Source of the DNA: Patescibacteria group bacterium
Lineage (GTDB): Bacteria; Patescibacteriota; Microgenomatia; UBA1400; PJMF01
Assembly: GCA_016861085.1 (NCBI GenBank)
Contig: BOKR01000001.1
Coordinates: forward strand, 515,271 to 579,270
Reading direction: 5' to 3'
DNA length: 64,000 nucleotides
Of this stretch, positions 39,585 through 49,029 are shown piece after piece (the stretch's first letter is position 1; each line of letters starts with the position of its first letter). Made by a program: the position numbers and the translations under genes. Under the pieces are notes generated by a model. It saw nothing but the letters and a program-made list of their open reading frames with translations, had not been told where the DNA came from and ran no database searches.

Positions 39585-40511
39585 TTAAATTATTACTTTA
39601 TTTTTTTGCATGTGTTTCTTACGTTTATAATTCCAATAGGGAAGCCACAAATAATATTGTAGTAATTGCCAAAAAGTCGCATTTTTTTTCACAAAAGCAA
39701 CTGCATTCTTCCAACTCATGTCTAGTATTTTTTGTAAACCAAAAACGTCGATGTTAGTTGATTCATGAACATGAAACACAATTGCTTTTTCATCGAACAA
39801 CACTTTCCAGCCATTTTTACGAGCTTGAAAGGAGAGATCAACATCCTCCCAATAGGCAGGATAAAACGTTTGATCAAAGCCGTTTAGAAAAACCCACTTT
39901 TGCTTATCAAACATACCGCTACCTCCACTTACCCAAGCAGTTTGACCAGAAATCATGTCTGTAGCTTTACTATGCATAAACATACCTTTTTCAAACCACA
40001 ACTTGTTTTTACCTGACCTATCTCCACTTTCATCTCGTTCAAATTCTAAACATCCAACTGCAAATACTAAGGGGTCAGTAAAATGCTGTATCAACTCTGA
40101 TCTAACATTTTTGGTAGGTTTAACATCGTTATTGAGTAGAAAAATATACTGTTTACTGGAAAACATAACCCCAATATTAGCTGCTGCTGCAAAACGCATA
40201 TTTTTTTCTAAAGCAACCAAATATATAGTAATTTTATTTTTTCCAATAACTGCAATGTTAGTATATAGTTTGTAAATAAAGTCTGTTGGTTGTGGAAAAT
40301 ATTTTTTAGATACAGCTGTAGGCAATTGAACACGTTTTGTTAATTTTAACTTATAGGTGCGAATTAAATATTTAACACTTTCATCGGAACTATTATCATC
40401 GACAATCACAAGCTCATCTCCATTACTCAAACAACGCAACACGTCAGGCAAAAACTTTTTTAAAAGTGTTTGACCGTTGTAGTTTGGAATAACGGCGGAT
40501 ACAATTTGCAT
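39585..40511 (-). CDS. GT2 glycosyltransferase
   Basis: VIPNYNG, VDDNSSD, LLNND, GFD..PAYWEDVDL. Confidence 0.88.
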   Translation of the reverse strand: MQIVSAVIPNYNGQTLLKKFLPDVLRCLSNGDELVIVDDNSSDESVKYLIRTYKLKLTKRVQLPTAVSKKYFPQPTDFIYKLYTNIAVIGKNKITIYLVALEKNMRFAAAANIGVMFSSKQYIFLLNNDVKPTKNVRSELIQHFTDPLVFAVGCLEFERDESGDRSGKNKLWFEKGMFMHSKATDMISGQTAWVSGGSGMFDKQKWVFLNGFDQTFYPAYWEDVDLSFQARKNGWKVLFDEKAIVFHVHESTNIDVFGLQKILDMSWKNAVAFVKKNATFWQLLQYYLWLPYWNYKRKKHMQKNKVII

Positions 40512-41594
40512 TTAGAACATCTCCCAAAGTGTTTTCTCAAATTCTTGTTTACTAAATTTTTTAACTTGATTAAGTGATACTTCTTGAAATTTTTTATATG
40601 TATCTGGATTAGTTATTAAGTCCTTGGTAATTTCAACACATTGCTCACCAGTTTCCCAAAGCAAATCATGTAATGGTAAACCTAGAATCTCTTTTTGACC
40701 GCCTTTTTTGATAACAATAGGTACACAGCCAGCTGCCATAGCCTCTATTGTACTAATACCAAAATGCTCAACTTTTTCAGGGTTTGAATTTTCATCAACA
40801 CCAAACCCCGTTGCATGCCAATAGAATGAGGCTGTTTTATACAAAGAAACCAGCTCATCTCTGGAGACAGTAGTTTTTATTTCAATGGGATATGCTCCAA
40901 CTGAATCTTTTACTTGATTAAAGTAAAGTTCATCTTCAACTGATCCAACTAAAACCAATCTCCACCCCTGCGTTTCATTTTTATATTCATCAACCAGTTT
41001 TTTAAACAGCTGAACTAAAACATCTTGGCGTTTACTATGCAGTTGCCTAAAAAAACGACCAACGTTTAGAATTATCTTTTCTTTATTTTTTTTAGGTGAA
41101 ATTTCATCTAAAGAAACAAGTGGATAATGTACAAAGTTAATTGTTGTATTCCAGCTCTTTTCAATAACACTTTTAGTAAATTGGGAATTAGTATTTTTTA
41201 CATTCCAACTTGCGAGTTTAATTTTCTGCCATACATTCAGTGAGTTTGTAAAAGGAATTTGCACATGCAAGATATTTTTCTTTGCCATACTCAAAAAGAA
41301 GCTGCCATCTGTAACATAATATACTGCGTCATATAAGCTAGTTTCTTGTAATTTTTCATATATTGAACCAGTTTTTAATTTTGAAGAAATAAAAGTTATT
41401 TTTTTCAAGCTATAATTTAAAAATTGTTCATATTTATTAGTAATTTCATTTATTTTTTCACGTGAAATAAATTCTTCTGATAGTGCAATAAAAACCTCAT
41501 GTTTTGTAGCAACAGTAGTTGCAACATCAAAAAAATGTTTTTCACCACCACCAAGGTGGTCTGGAATATACGGAGAATAAAATAATACTCGCAT
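40512..41594 (-). CDS. GT4 glycosyltransferase
   Basis: GGGEK, VGRFF..KRQD, EHFGISTIEAMAAGCVP and GGQKEI. Start refined to ATG 41594. Confidence 0.9.
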   Translation of the reverse strand: MRVLFYSPYIPDHLGGGEKHFFDVATTVATKHEVFIALSEEFISREKINEITNKYEQFLNYSLKKITFISSKLKTGSIYEKLQETSLYDAVYYVTDGSFFLSMAKKNILHVQIPFTNSLNVWQKIKLASWNVKNTNSQFTKSVIEKSWNTTINFVHYPLVSLDEISPKKNKEKIILNVGRFFRQLHSKRQDVLVQLFKKLVDEYKNETQGWRLVLVGSVEDELYFNQVKDSVGAYPIEIKTTVSRDELVSLYKTASFYWHATGFGVDENSNPEKVEHFGISTIEAMAAGCVPIVIKKGGQKEILGLPLHDLLWETGEQCVEITKDLITNPDTYKKFQEVSLNQVKKFSKQEFEKTLWEMF

Positions 41595-42412
41595 TACTGA
41601 CTCTTCCACATGTTTTCGATTTCTGCTTCTTTTGCTACATATTTTTCCGAAATCGAAGGCTTTTGCTGTAACTCCCATACCTGAATGTACACTATCACAC
41701 GGTTTATCCCCTGAATCACTGCTTCAACCAAGCCCGCCATACCGTCTTTATACCCCTGCTTTAAAACCGCACGTCTAAAAAACTCCATAAACCCTTTTCT
41801 AAACAAGGTTAGCAACGTTACTTTTGGAACTCCGGCTTTGAATAGCTCTTTTGCTTCAATTGGAGTCCAGGCAGCAGTTTTATGTAGACCGCTGACTGTA
41901 TCTCTGTGTGTAAAATGAACGAGCTTTGTCTGCAAATCAGCAACTTCTCCTGAATATTTGGGACTTTCGTGAACCTGCCCAAACCAACCCGTTATTGCAT
42001 TCTTTTCAAAAACTCGCTCTACCCAATCATCCTGCCATCCACCGGCTTTAAATCGCTTCCCAAAGTAAATATTTTCACGCTGAACCCTAAACACTTTTGT
42101 ATCTGATGTTTCAATCATTACTTTGATTTCTTTGGCTAATGTAGGTGTGACTCGCTCATCAGCATCGATATACAAAACCCAAGCCGATTTAGCTCTCTTT
42201 AAAGCTTCTTCTCTGAGGCGAGAGAAGGAATCATGTTTAAATGAAATAACGATTGCACCAAGACTCTCAGCAATTTCACGAGTCTCATCAGTTGAACCAT
42301 CATCAATTACAATTATTTCATTGCACCACAACACACTTTTAATGCAGTTTGCAATCATTTCTGCTTCATTTTTAGCGATTATCAAAGCACTAATTGACAG
42401 TTGTTTACTCAT
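41594..42412 (-). CDS. GT2 glycosyltransferase (WaaE/KdtX-like)
   Basis: IAKNEA, IDDGSTD, IDADER, VHE, GYKDG. Confidence 0.88.
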   Translation of the reverse strand: MSKQLSISALIIAKNEAEMIANCIKSVLWCNEIIVIDDGSTDETREIAESLGAIVISFKHDSFSRLREEALKRAKSAWVLYIDADERVTPTLAKEIKVMIETSDTKVFRVQRENIYFGKRFKAGGWQDDWVERVFEKNAITGWFGQVHESPKYSGEVADLQTKLVHFTHRDTVSGLHKTAAWTPIEAKELFKAGVPKVTLLTLFRKGFMEFFRRAVLKQGYKDGMAGLVEAVIQGINRVIVYIQVWELQQKPSISEKYVAKEAEIENMWKSQ

Positions 42413-42418
42413 AAGATC

Positions 42419-42424
42419 ATCTTA
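42419..42424 (-). promoter_or_regulatory. -10-like TAAGAT 6 nt upstream of ATG 42412
   Basis: Reverse complement of ATCTTA, with the same spacing as the other leaderless starts. Confidence 0.45.
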
Positions 42425-42461
42425 CCTCAAAAGGAGCTTGTGACCAACTGGTACTTTGCAA

Positions 42462-43376
42462 TTATAGGATCGGCTGTTTACCGAATTGCATAGTAAAAAA
42501 ATGAACAATAGCTTGGCGTTGCGCTGACGAACCAAAAACAAGGATTGAAACAGCTATTCTCATAGCGGTAACAATTTCTTTCCAGGTTCCATGCTTAAAT
42601 GCAAACAGTAATCTATTTCTTGTTTGGTAGTACTCATGAATAACCGAGCCTGAACCACCACTTGAACCAGCATTTTTATGATATACAACCGATGAAGGAC
42701 AAAACGCTACTTTATATCCAGCTTTGGTAACTCTTACACTCCAGTCGACATCTTCAAGATACAAGAAAAAACGTTTATCAAACATTCCAACCTTTTCCAA
42801 GATCTCACGTTTCACCAAAACACTACAACCCGTCGCAAAATCAGATTCTGTCTGAGTATCAAACTGTCCCCTATCAACCTCATCAACTCCTCTATGAAAT
42901 GCAGCTAAATGATTCCAATCAATAGAGCCACCAGCATACCACAAAACAGTACCAAGCTCTGATTTCTTGTACGACTCACTGTGAAACTCTCTCCCCTTTG
43001 AAAAATAAATTTTTGATCCCACCATACCAATGCGTGGATCAGATTGTGCAGTACGCACCAATTCTTTTAAAAACTCTTCATCTACAGTTGTGTCATTATT
43101 GAGGAGTAATACATAATCAGAATTGTATTTCTCAACGCCATAATAAACACCAAGATTATTCCCTCCAGTAAATCCTTTGTTCGTTTCACTTCTAATAACT
43201 TCAATGTGATCAGTTTGTAAATCCTTAGGTAATTCAAAAATATCTTTTGAGGCATTATCCACAACAATAATATTACATTTAAAACCTGAGCATTTGATCT
43301 TTTCAAGTGAACGCAAACAATCAATGGTGTCTTCTCTTGAGTTATAGGTAATGAGTATGATTGAAACATGAATCAT
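42462..43376 (-). CDS. GT2 glycosyltransferase
   Basis: VDNAS, NKGFTGGNN, LLNNDT, TGC and FFLYLEDVDW. Start refined to ATG 43376, with TATAAT 9 nt upstream. Confidence 0.88.
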   Translation of the reverse strand: MIHVSIILITYNSREDTIDCLRSLEKIKCSGFKCNIIVVDNASKDIFELPKDLQTDHIEVIRSETNKGFTGGNNLGVYYGVEKYNSDYVLLLNNDTTVDEEFLKELVRTAQSDPRIGMVGSKIYFSKGREFHSESYKKSELGTVLWYAGGSIDWNHLAAFHRGVDEVDRGQFDTQTESDFATGCSVLVKREILEKVGMFDKRFFLYLEDVDWSVRVTKAGYKVAFCPSSVVYHKNAGSSGGSGSVIHEYYQTRNRLLFAFKHGTWKEIVTAMRIAVSILVFGSSAQRQAIVHFFTMQFGKQPIL

Positions 43377-43394
43377 AGAATGCCTATTATACAA

Positions 43395-44324
43395 CTATAT
43401 ATATAACTTTCGACGAATTTTCCAAATAAGTTGTCTAATACCAGAAGTATTCTCAACGTGCCAGTTTGCAATCCAGTATGCAAGCTCCCTATTAAACTGT
43501 GCTAATTCGGATACAGTTGCTTCTTCTTGTTGTTTATCAGATTCAGGAAATCCACTCTTTTCCCAAGATTTTATAGCCACTACAGCTTCAGAAAACCCTT
43601 GTAGTAACGATAATGCCAGTCCATGAGTACCATCATTTACTCCTCTTTGTGCAAAAAACCGAGATAAAAACTCAGAGTAAAATTTCTTTGTGATACATGA
43701 GCCATCAACTTCTGTCTGTTCTTTTTCGAGTTCAGTTACCAATTCCTCAGACTGAATTGAAGTATATCTATTCAACCGGTCAATGTATTGATTAACATGT
43801 TGATAGTTATGGTGAATAAGCGCAATACCAGTGACAGCTGGTAATTCCCTTACTTCTCCTTTTGTAATTGGAATTGAATGAATTTCATCAGACCAAGAAA
43901 CAAACCCTTTCTTGAAAAGTCTCAATACATAATCTGGCCACCAGCCTGTCTTTTCAAAAGCCTTGTTAAAAATATAGTTAAGTCGTGGAATATAATAACA
44001 ATCAGCAGTTTCTTCACCTGAATCTGAAGATTTCAGAATTCCTTTAATAGCTTTTTCTAGTTCTTGTGGAACTTCTTCATCAGCATCTAAAATTAAAATC
44101 CAGTCTCCACTTGCTTTTTTAATCGCAAAATTTCGAGCTGGCTCTACATACCCCACATCTTTATGAGCAAAAATTTTATCGGTATATTTAGTTGCAATTT
44201 CTACCGTACTATCGTCGCTTTTCATGTCAACAATGATTATTTCATCGGCAAATGAGACAGATTTTAATGCAGCTTCTATTGTTTTTTCCGCATTCTTTGT
44301 ATTAATGACGACTGATAGTTTCAT
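43395..44324 (-). CDS. GT2 glycosyltransferase (WaaE/KdtX-like)
   Basis: NTKNAE, VDMKSDD, VEPARN, LDADE, WWPDYVLRLF. Confidence 0.88.
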   Translation of the reverse strand: MKLSVVINTKNAEKTIEAALKSVSFADEIIIVDMKSDDSTVEIATKYTDKIFAHKDVGYVEPARNFAIKKASGDWILILDADEEVPQELEKAIKGILKSSDSGEETADCYYIPRLNYIFNKAFEKTGWWPDYVLRLFKKGFVSWSDEIHSIPITKGEVRELPAVTGIALIHHNYQHVNQYIDRLNRYTSIQSEELVTELEKEQTEVDGSCITKKFYSEFLSRFFAQRGVNDGTHGLALSLLQGFSEAVVAIKSWEKSGFPESDKQQEEATVSELAQFNRELAYWIANWHVENTSGIRQLIWKIRRKLYI

Positions 44325-45883
44325 GAACGTAAGCTCCTTAACTCCATGAGTACTTTATTTTTTCCAAACAACAGTAGTGTAACAAAATAGGTGAGGGCAG
44401 TTAAGAGCATACCAAACAAGAAGTGCTTAAAACTTTGTGACCAAATTTGTATACCCAGGCCTCCAACTACGGCCATCGCTACAGATGCAAGTGTCTGTCG
44501 CCATACCTGATCAATAAATGAGAGTGGGACAACTTTCTTGACCATAATGACAGAGAAAATTGAAGTAAAAGAAATAAAGAATGATGCAATTGCCACCCCG
44601 TTGTACCCAAACATATAAACACAAATCGGAGTAACTATCCAAGTTAATATAGTCCACATCATCATTAATTTGAGCGTTTTGTTTATCTGACCAATCGCAT
44701 TAAGTGTATTTGTAAGAGGAGTTGAAACAGCACTCCAAGCAATACTAAGACTAAATAACACTAAACTAAAAACAGCAGGTTCCCATTTCTGCCATTTTGG
44801 TATCAGCTGAATAAATGGCCAAATGAAAACACTCATACCAACTAAGATTGGAAATATCGCCAATGTTATAAAGAATATTGATTTTTCTATTGCACGCTTG
44901 AGTGCTTGAGTATTTCCTTGTAGTCTTGAAAAAGTTGGGAACGTAATAGCCATTACATTTTGAACTGTTAAATTATAGGGATACATAGAGTAGTTTTTGC
45001 CCCAATTGATATAACCAAACTCTGCCAAATTTAAATATAATCCAAGAACTAAATAAAACAATTGATCTTTAATTCTCGCCAAAAAATCATTAATTTGAAA
45101 TTTAACTCCAAACTTAAACATCTCTGCAAATGCTACTTTACTAAATCCAAATGACAAAGCCCAAGGTTGAATCATAAACATTGAAAGAGCACCAACTATA
45201 GACCGCATAAAAATAGCGTACGCATATGCCATTGCACCCACACCCTTAATTGCAAGAAAGATTAAAATGCCATTAAATACCAGTTGCTCTATGATTTGAG
45301 GTATCACTAACTTAGAAAATTCCAAACGTCTTTCCAGTATCACAGAGGGTATTGTTTTAAGCGAAGCAAGCGGAAATCCAAGAGCTAATGAAAGTAAAAT
45401 CCAGACACCTGCTGGACCAGTCTTGGCCTGAATAACACCTGTGGCAAGCACCAAAAGAACAATTCCAACAATAACCCAACTCAATGCTTGCTGAATCGTG
45501 AATGCGGTCACATAATCGGCCTTAGTAGGGTCAGATTTTTTTTGAATCAGTGATGCAGCTAATCCTACATCTGAAAAAAAAGTCAACAATCCAACTATCG
45601 GAATCACTAATCCATAAATTCCGAAATCCTCTGGAGTAAAATACCAAGAAAGTACTGCAACCGAAGCCAAACCAATTCCTTGCAAAAAAATGGTTCTTAT
45701 AAAGTAAGAAATTGCTCCACTAACAGTTTTTTTCTTAATGTCACGCAATACTTCTGTTTCAACTTGAGTATCATGGACTTCTTGTTCAGGAAACAAGTCT
45801 GTCACTTCCGGTTCAAGCTCCTGAGAAAAGAGTGCTGACTTTTTGCGCTTAACCTCTAAGCTAGCTTGTACTTTATTAATCAT
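44321..45883 (-). CDS. wzx: Wzx-type oligosaccharide flippase (MOP superfamily)
   Basis: PEDFGIY, DVGLAASLIQ, LERRLEF and FPTFSRLQ, with 12-14 TM helices. Confidence 0.85.
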   Translation of the reverse strand: MINKVQASLEVKRKKSALFSQELEPEVTDLFPEQEVHDTQVETEVLRDIKKKTVSGAISYFIRTIFLQGIGLASVAVLSWYFTPEDFGIYGLVIPIVGLLTFFSDVGLAASLIQKKSDPTKADYVTAFTIQQALSWVIVGIVLLVLATGVIQAKTGPAGVWILLSLALGFPLASLKTIPSVILERRLEFSKLVIPQIIEQLVFNGILIFLAIKGVGAMAYAYAIFMRSIVGALSMFMIQPWALSFGFSKVAFAEMFKFGVKFQINDFLARIKDQLFYLVLGLYLNLAEFGYINWGKNYSMYPYNLTVQNVMAITFPTFSRLQGNTQALKRAIEKSIFFITLAIFPILVGMSVFIWPFIQLIPKWQKWEPAVFSLVLFSLSIAWSAVSTPLTNTLNAIGQINKTLKLMMMWTILTWIVTPICVYMFGYNGVAIASFFISFTSIFSVIMVKKVVPLSFIDQVWRQTLASVAMAVVGGLGIQIWSQSFKHFLFGMLLTALTYFVTLLLFGKNKVLMELRSLRS

Positions 45884-47613
45884 TTCTTTTTATGGTACCA
45901 GAAGAATATTCCAGATGATACACCAACCCCTACTATTGTTAGCCATAATCCAAATTGTCTTACTGGTGTTTGCTTTAGTTGTATAGAAACCGTATGTTCA
46001 CCAGCTGGTACACTTACTTGTACAAACCCCTCATCTGATTGAGTAACAGCTGTTTTTACACCGTCAATATCTGCTGACCATCCAGGAAAATCTGCGATTG
46101 CAAATACTAGCTGTTGATCAGTATGAGAAGTCACAGCAATTCTTTTTATGTGAACTTTATCATCGAGTATTTTGTAGGAAATCACGCAATTTTCTATTAC
46201 CTGACAATATAACACATGGCCTCTGAGCGCTGCTGGTTCGATCACTTTTTGTTGAATTTGGATTGGAATGTAGTCGGGAAGCGTATTACTCATTTCTGTT
46301 CTCAGCTTGTTTTCATCAGAATAAAAATAATCACTCAGATCAGACCTAAAAATTTCAGGCTGAAAATATTTGCTGTTCATGACAATCATGAGCAGTAGTA
46401 AAAAAAGTCCATACCCAAATTTTAACAACTTGTTCTGTAATAAAGCAGGTAGTGACCCAATAGCTAAAGCCAAAAATACAGTTGCAGCTGAAAGGTATCT
46501 CCATGGGAATTGTAAAAACTCTAAAGCTGGAAACAACTCCCAAATAAATTCCAACTTCGCCGTAGTCATCAACAATGAGACTGCGAGAATAACAATGAAA
46601 AAGAGATAGAAAATTGTGTGTTTTTCAAGTGATAGCGTACCTTTTTTCTGAAGAATTCCGGCAACTGCTTTCAGAACAATATAACCAGAAAGAAACAATC
46701 CTAGTAATTGGCCAAATCCCAAATAAAATGAAATGTCATCTAATGGACCATAGGTAGAACCACCATACCCCCAGTTCTCGATAAAAAATTGTCTCAGCGA
46801 CAAAAAATGCAATTTGTAGTTAAAATAGTCTGCCAAAATGGTTGGTTCAAGTCGGGTAAAATCCTTTTCAAGCAATGCTGGGACTGTATAAAATGAGCTC
46901 AAAAGCACTGCTAACCCATATAATGCTGCAAGTTTTAATACAATGTTCCAAAAGTATTTTTTGATTTTCTTGTCAGATTTACTCTCAAGCAGTACATACA
47001 TTAGACCAAACAGGATTGAAAATGGTAAGAAAACAAGTGCCGTTAAATTATGACTCAGTAATAACACAGTAATTGAGCCAAGTAGGATTAGCCATCCGTT
47101 TTTTTCACCCTTAACTGTCTTAATAATTCCTAACAAGATAAATGGCAAACACATGATTCCCCACGCTTCACTTACTGCTCCCCTCACAAATAAATTGACA
47201 GCCCTATATGGAGCTAAAGTAAGAGCAGCGCTTACGAGTAGGCCACCTGTTATTCCGAATAAACGTTTTCCAAGTACATATCCACCTATAGTTGTACCCA
47301 CTGCTGTGAGTAACATAAGCAATTTAATGGAATCTATCAATGAAAAACCAATAATATATAAAAGTGATCCAACATAATAAGGAAGCGGAGCATAAAATTC
47401 AAACAGTGGCATGCCGTATCCATAGCCCAAATTTGAGCTCCAAATCACTGGGAAATGACCATCCTTGAGCCCAGCAGTCATCTCAACAATACGAGCGCCT
47501 TGAGTGAAATCATGCACTCTAAAAAAATCAGACCTAAATAATGCCCATGAGCTGGCTAAGATTATTGAGAGCAAAATTAGGACAACTAAATATTTTTGAA
47601 TTATTCTAAACAT
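45880..47613 (-). CDS. GT-C membrane protein, YfhO / 'PTPS-related' family
   Basis: HDFTQ, GHFPVIW..GYGYGMPLFEFYAPL, PYRA..VRGAVSE, SHN, QFPWRY, FPGW..VPAGEHTV. Confidence 0.85.
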   Translation of the reverse strand: MFRIIQKYLVVLILLSIILASSWALFRSDFFRVHDFTQGARIVEMTAGLKDGHFPVIWSSNLGYGYGMPLFEFYAPLPYYVGSLLYIIGFSLIDSIKLLMLLTAVGTTIGGYVLGKRLFGITGGLLVSAALTLAPYRAVNLFVRGAVSEAWGIMCLPFILLGIIKTVKGEKNGWLILLGSITVLLLSHNLTALVFLPFSILFGLMYVLLESKSDKKIKKYFWNIVLKLAALYGLAVLLSSFYTVPALLEKDFTRLEPTILADYFNYKLHFLSLRQFFIENWGYGGSTYGPLDDISFYLGFGQLLGLFLSGYIVLKAVAGILQKKGTLSLEKHTIFYLFFIVILAVSLLMTTAKLEFIWELFPALEFLQFPWRYLSAATVFLALAIGSLPALLQNKLLKFGYGLFLLLLMIVMNSKYFQPEIFRSDLSDYFYSDENKLRTEMSNTLPDYIPIQIQQKVIEPAALRGHVLYCQVIENCVISYKILDDKVHIKRIAVTSHTDQQLVFAIADFPGWSADIDGVKTAVTQSDEGFVQVSVPAGEHTVSIQLKQTPVRQFGLWLTIVGVGVSSGIFFWYHKKK

Positions 47614-47624
47614 ACTCTACGTTC

Positions 47625-47655
47625 ATTGTATCCTAACTTGAACTAATGATAAAAT
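47625..47655. promoter_or_regulatory. Divergent -10 boxes: TACAAT (minus, 47625-47630) and TGATAAAAT (plus, 47647-47655)
   Basis: They lie 11 nt and 8 nt from their start codons, in a 50-bp divergent gap. Confidence 0.5.
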
Positions 47656-47663
47656 GACAAAGT

Positions 47664-48752
47664 ATGCAAGAAAAAACTGAAGTCAAAGTACCAACAGCCT
47701 CATCAATCTTTTTTAAAGCTACGCTTCTTAGTTTGCTGTTCGTTGGTGTTATGCTTCTTGTCACAGCTCTTGGAGTTGCTCTGTTTGGATACTCTAAACT
47801 AAATCAATTTGCCAAACAGGCACACACCACTCCCACTGAGCTGAAAACAGTAGTAACAACTGCACTACAAACCACACCAAAGCAAACTGACGGTTATAAA
47901 ACTATCTTATTGCTTGGTGTTGACACAGTTACTAACAAACCAAATAGCCCTGAACTTACTGACACACTCCTGCTGCTATCGATTAATATGGACACAGGAA
48001 AAATTAGTACCCTTTCACTCCCTAGAGATCTTTGGGCACCAGCATATCAAACAAGAATTAACGCTTTATACGAATATGGAAAAGAAAAATACCCACAGCG
48101 TCCAGAACAATTTCCAGAAGAAGTTATTTCTGAACTAACCGGCATTACAATCGACCACACTATCACTTTGTCGCTTGGTACAGTCGCAGAAATCATTGAT
48201 ATTTTGGGTGGAATTGATGTGGACGTTGTTGAGGGCTTTGTTGATACTCAGTTTCCAAGAGAAGACATCGATATTCATACTGCAACTTCGCAAACACAGC
48301 TCTATGAAACAATATCTTTTGAAAAAGGACTACAGCATATGGATGGTGCTACCACCTTAAAATATATCAGAAGTAGAAAATCTACAGACCTCTCACAAGG
48401 CACTGATGTTGCCCGCTCACAACGTCAGCAACAAGTTATTTCAGCACTTATTTCTCGAATACAAAATTTCTCAATATTCAAAGACGTTGATGCGTTCGCC
48501 CAATTGTATGTGTTGTATTCTGACACTTTTGAAAAACAATTCACCAAGGTTGAAGCCATTGCAACACTTAATTATTTACTACCATATCTAGAAACAATTG
48601 ACTTGAATTCAAATTCATTAACAATTTATCCTGATGATAAGAATGGTGTCATCACTAACCCACCTGTTTCAAAATATAAGGGACAATGGGTGTATGAAAT
48701 ACGTGATTTAGCAAACTTCCAAACAGAAGTTAAAAAATCGTTAAGAGAATAG
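47664..48752 (+). CDS. LCP (LytR-CpsA-Psr) family glycopolymer-peptidoglycan ligase
   Basis: N-terminal TM, ILLLGVD, TDTLLL, SLPRD, RINA, LGGIDV, YIRSR, DVARSQRQQ. Confidence 0.92.
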   Translation: MQEKTEVKVPTASSIFFKATLLSLLFVGVMLLVTALGVALFGYSKLNQFAKQAHTTPTELKTVVTTALQTTPKQTDGYKTILLLGVDTVTNKPNSPELTDTLLLLSINMDTGKISTLSLPRDLWAPAYQTRINALYEYGKEKYPQRPEQFPEEVISELTGITIDHTITLSLGTVAEIIDILGGIDVDVVEGFVDTQFPREDIDIHTATSQTQLYETISFEKGLQHMDGATTLKYIRSRKSTDLSQGTDVARSQRQQQVISALISRIQNFSIFKDVDAFAQLYVLYSDTFEKQFTKVEAIATLNYLLPYLETIDLNSNSLTIYPDDKNGVITNPPVSKYKGQWVYEIRDLANFQTEVKKSLRE

Positions 48753-48754
48753 AT

Positions 48755-48994
48755 ATGCTATTTATTTTTGAAAAACACAACAAGCCGATTCAAGATAAAT
48801 GGATTATTCGATTTCTTATTGTATTGACTCTCATTCTCTCAATAGCTGCTGGTTATTTTCATGCAGTACTTGTCGCGGAGCAAAAAAAATACGCAAAACT
48901 TGAAGATCTGTATGTAAGAGTTAGAACAGAGTTGGGAAGAGAAGAAACTCAGCGACTCATTGATTTCTCAAGAGAAAAAGAAATAAGTAATTGA
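48755..48994 (+). CDS. Small hypothetical membrane protein
   Basis: 79 aa with one TM helix and a charged C-terminal helix. Fills the gap in operon orientation. Confidence 0.6.
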   Translation: MLFIFEKHNKPIQDKWIIRFLIVLTLILSIAAGYFHAVLVAEQKKYAKLEDLYVRVRTELGREETQRLIDFSREKEISN

Positions 48995-49029
48995 TTATTA
49001 CAGAATCTCAAGGTAAGCTAGGGGCAGAT

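Noticed and set aside
40512-41678. Longer N-terminal extensions given by the ORF track (also 2862, 4171, 11475, 48991, 52195, 55978, 56352, 62092)
   Set aside because: They overlap neighbouring genes or promoters. Downstream ATGs fit the family N-termini, ATGA coupling or -10 spacing better.
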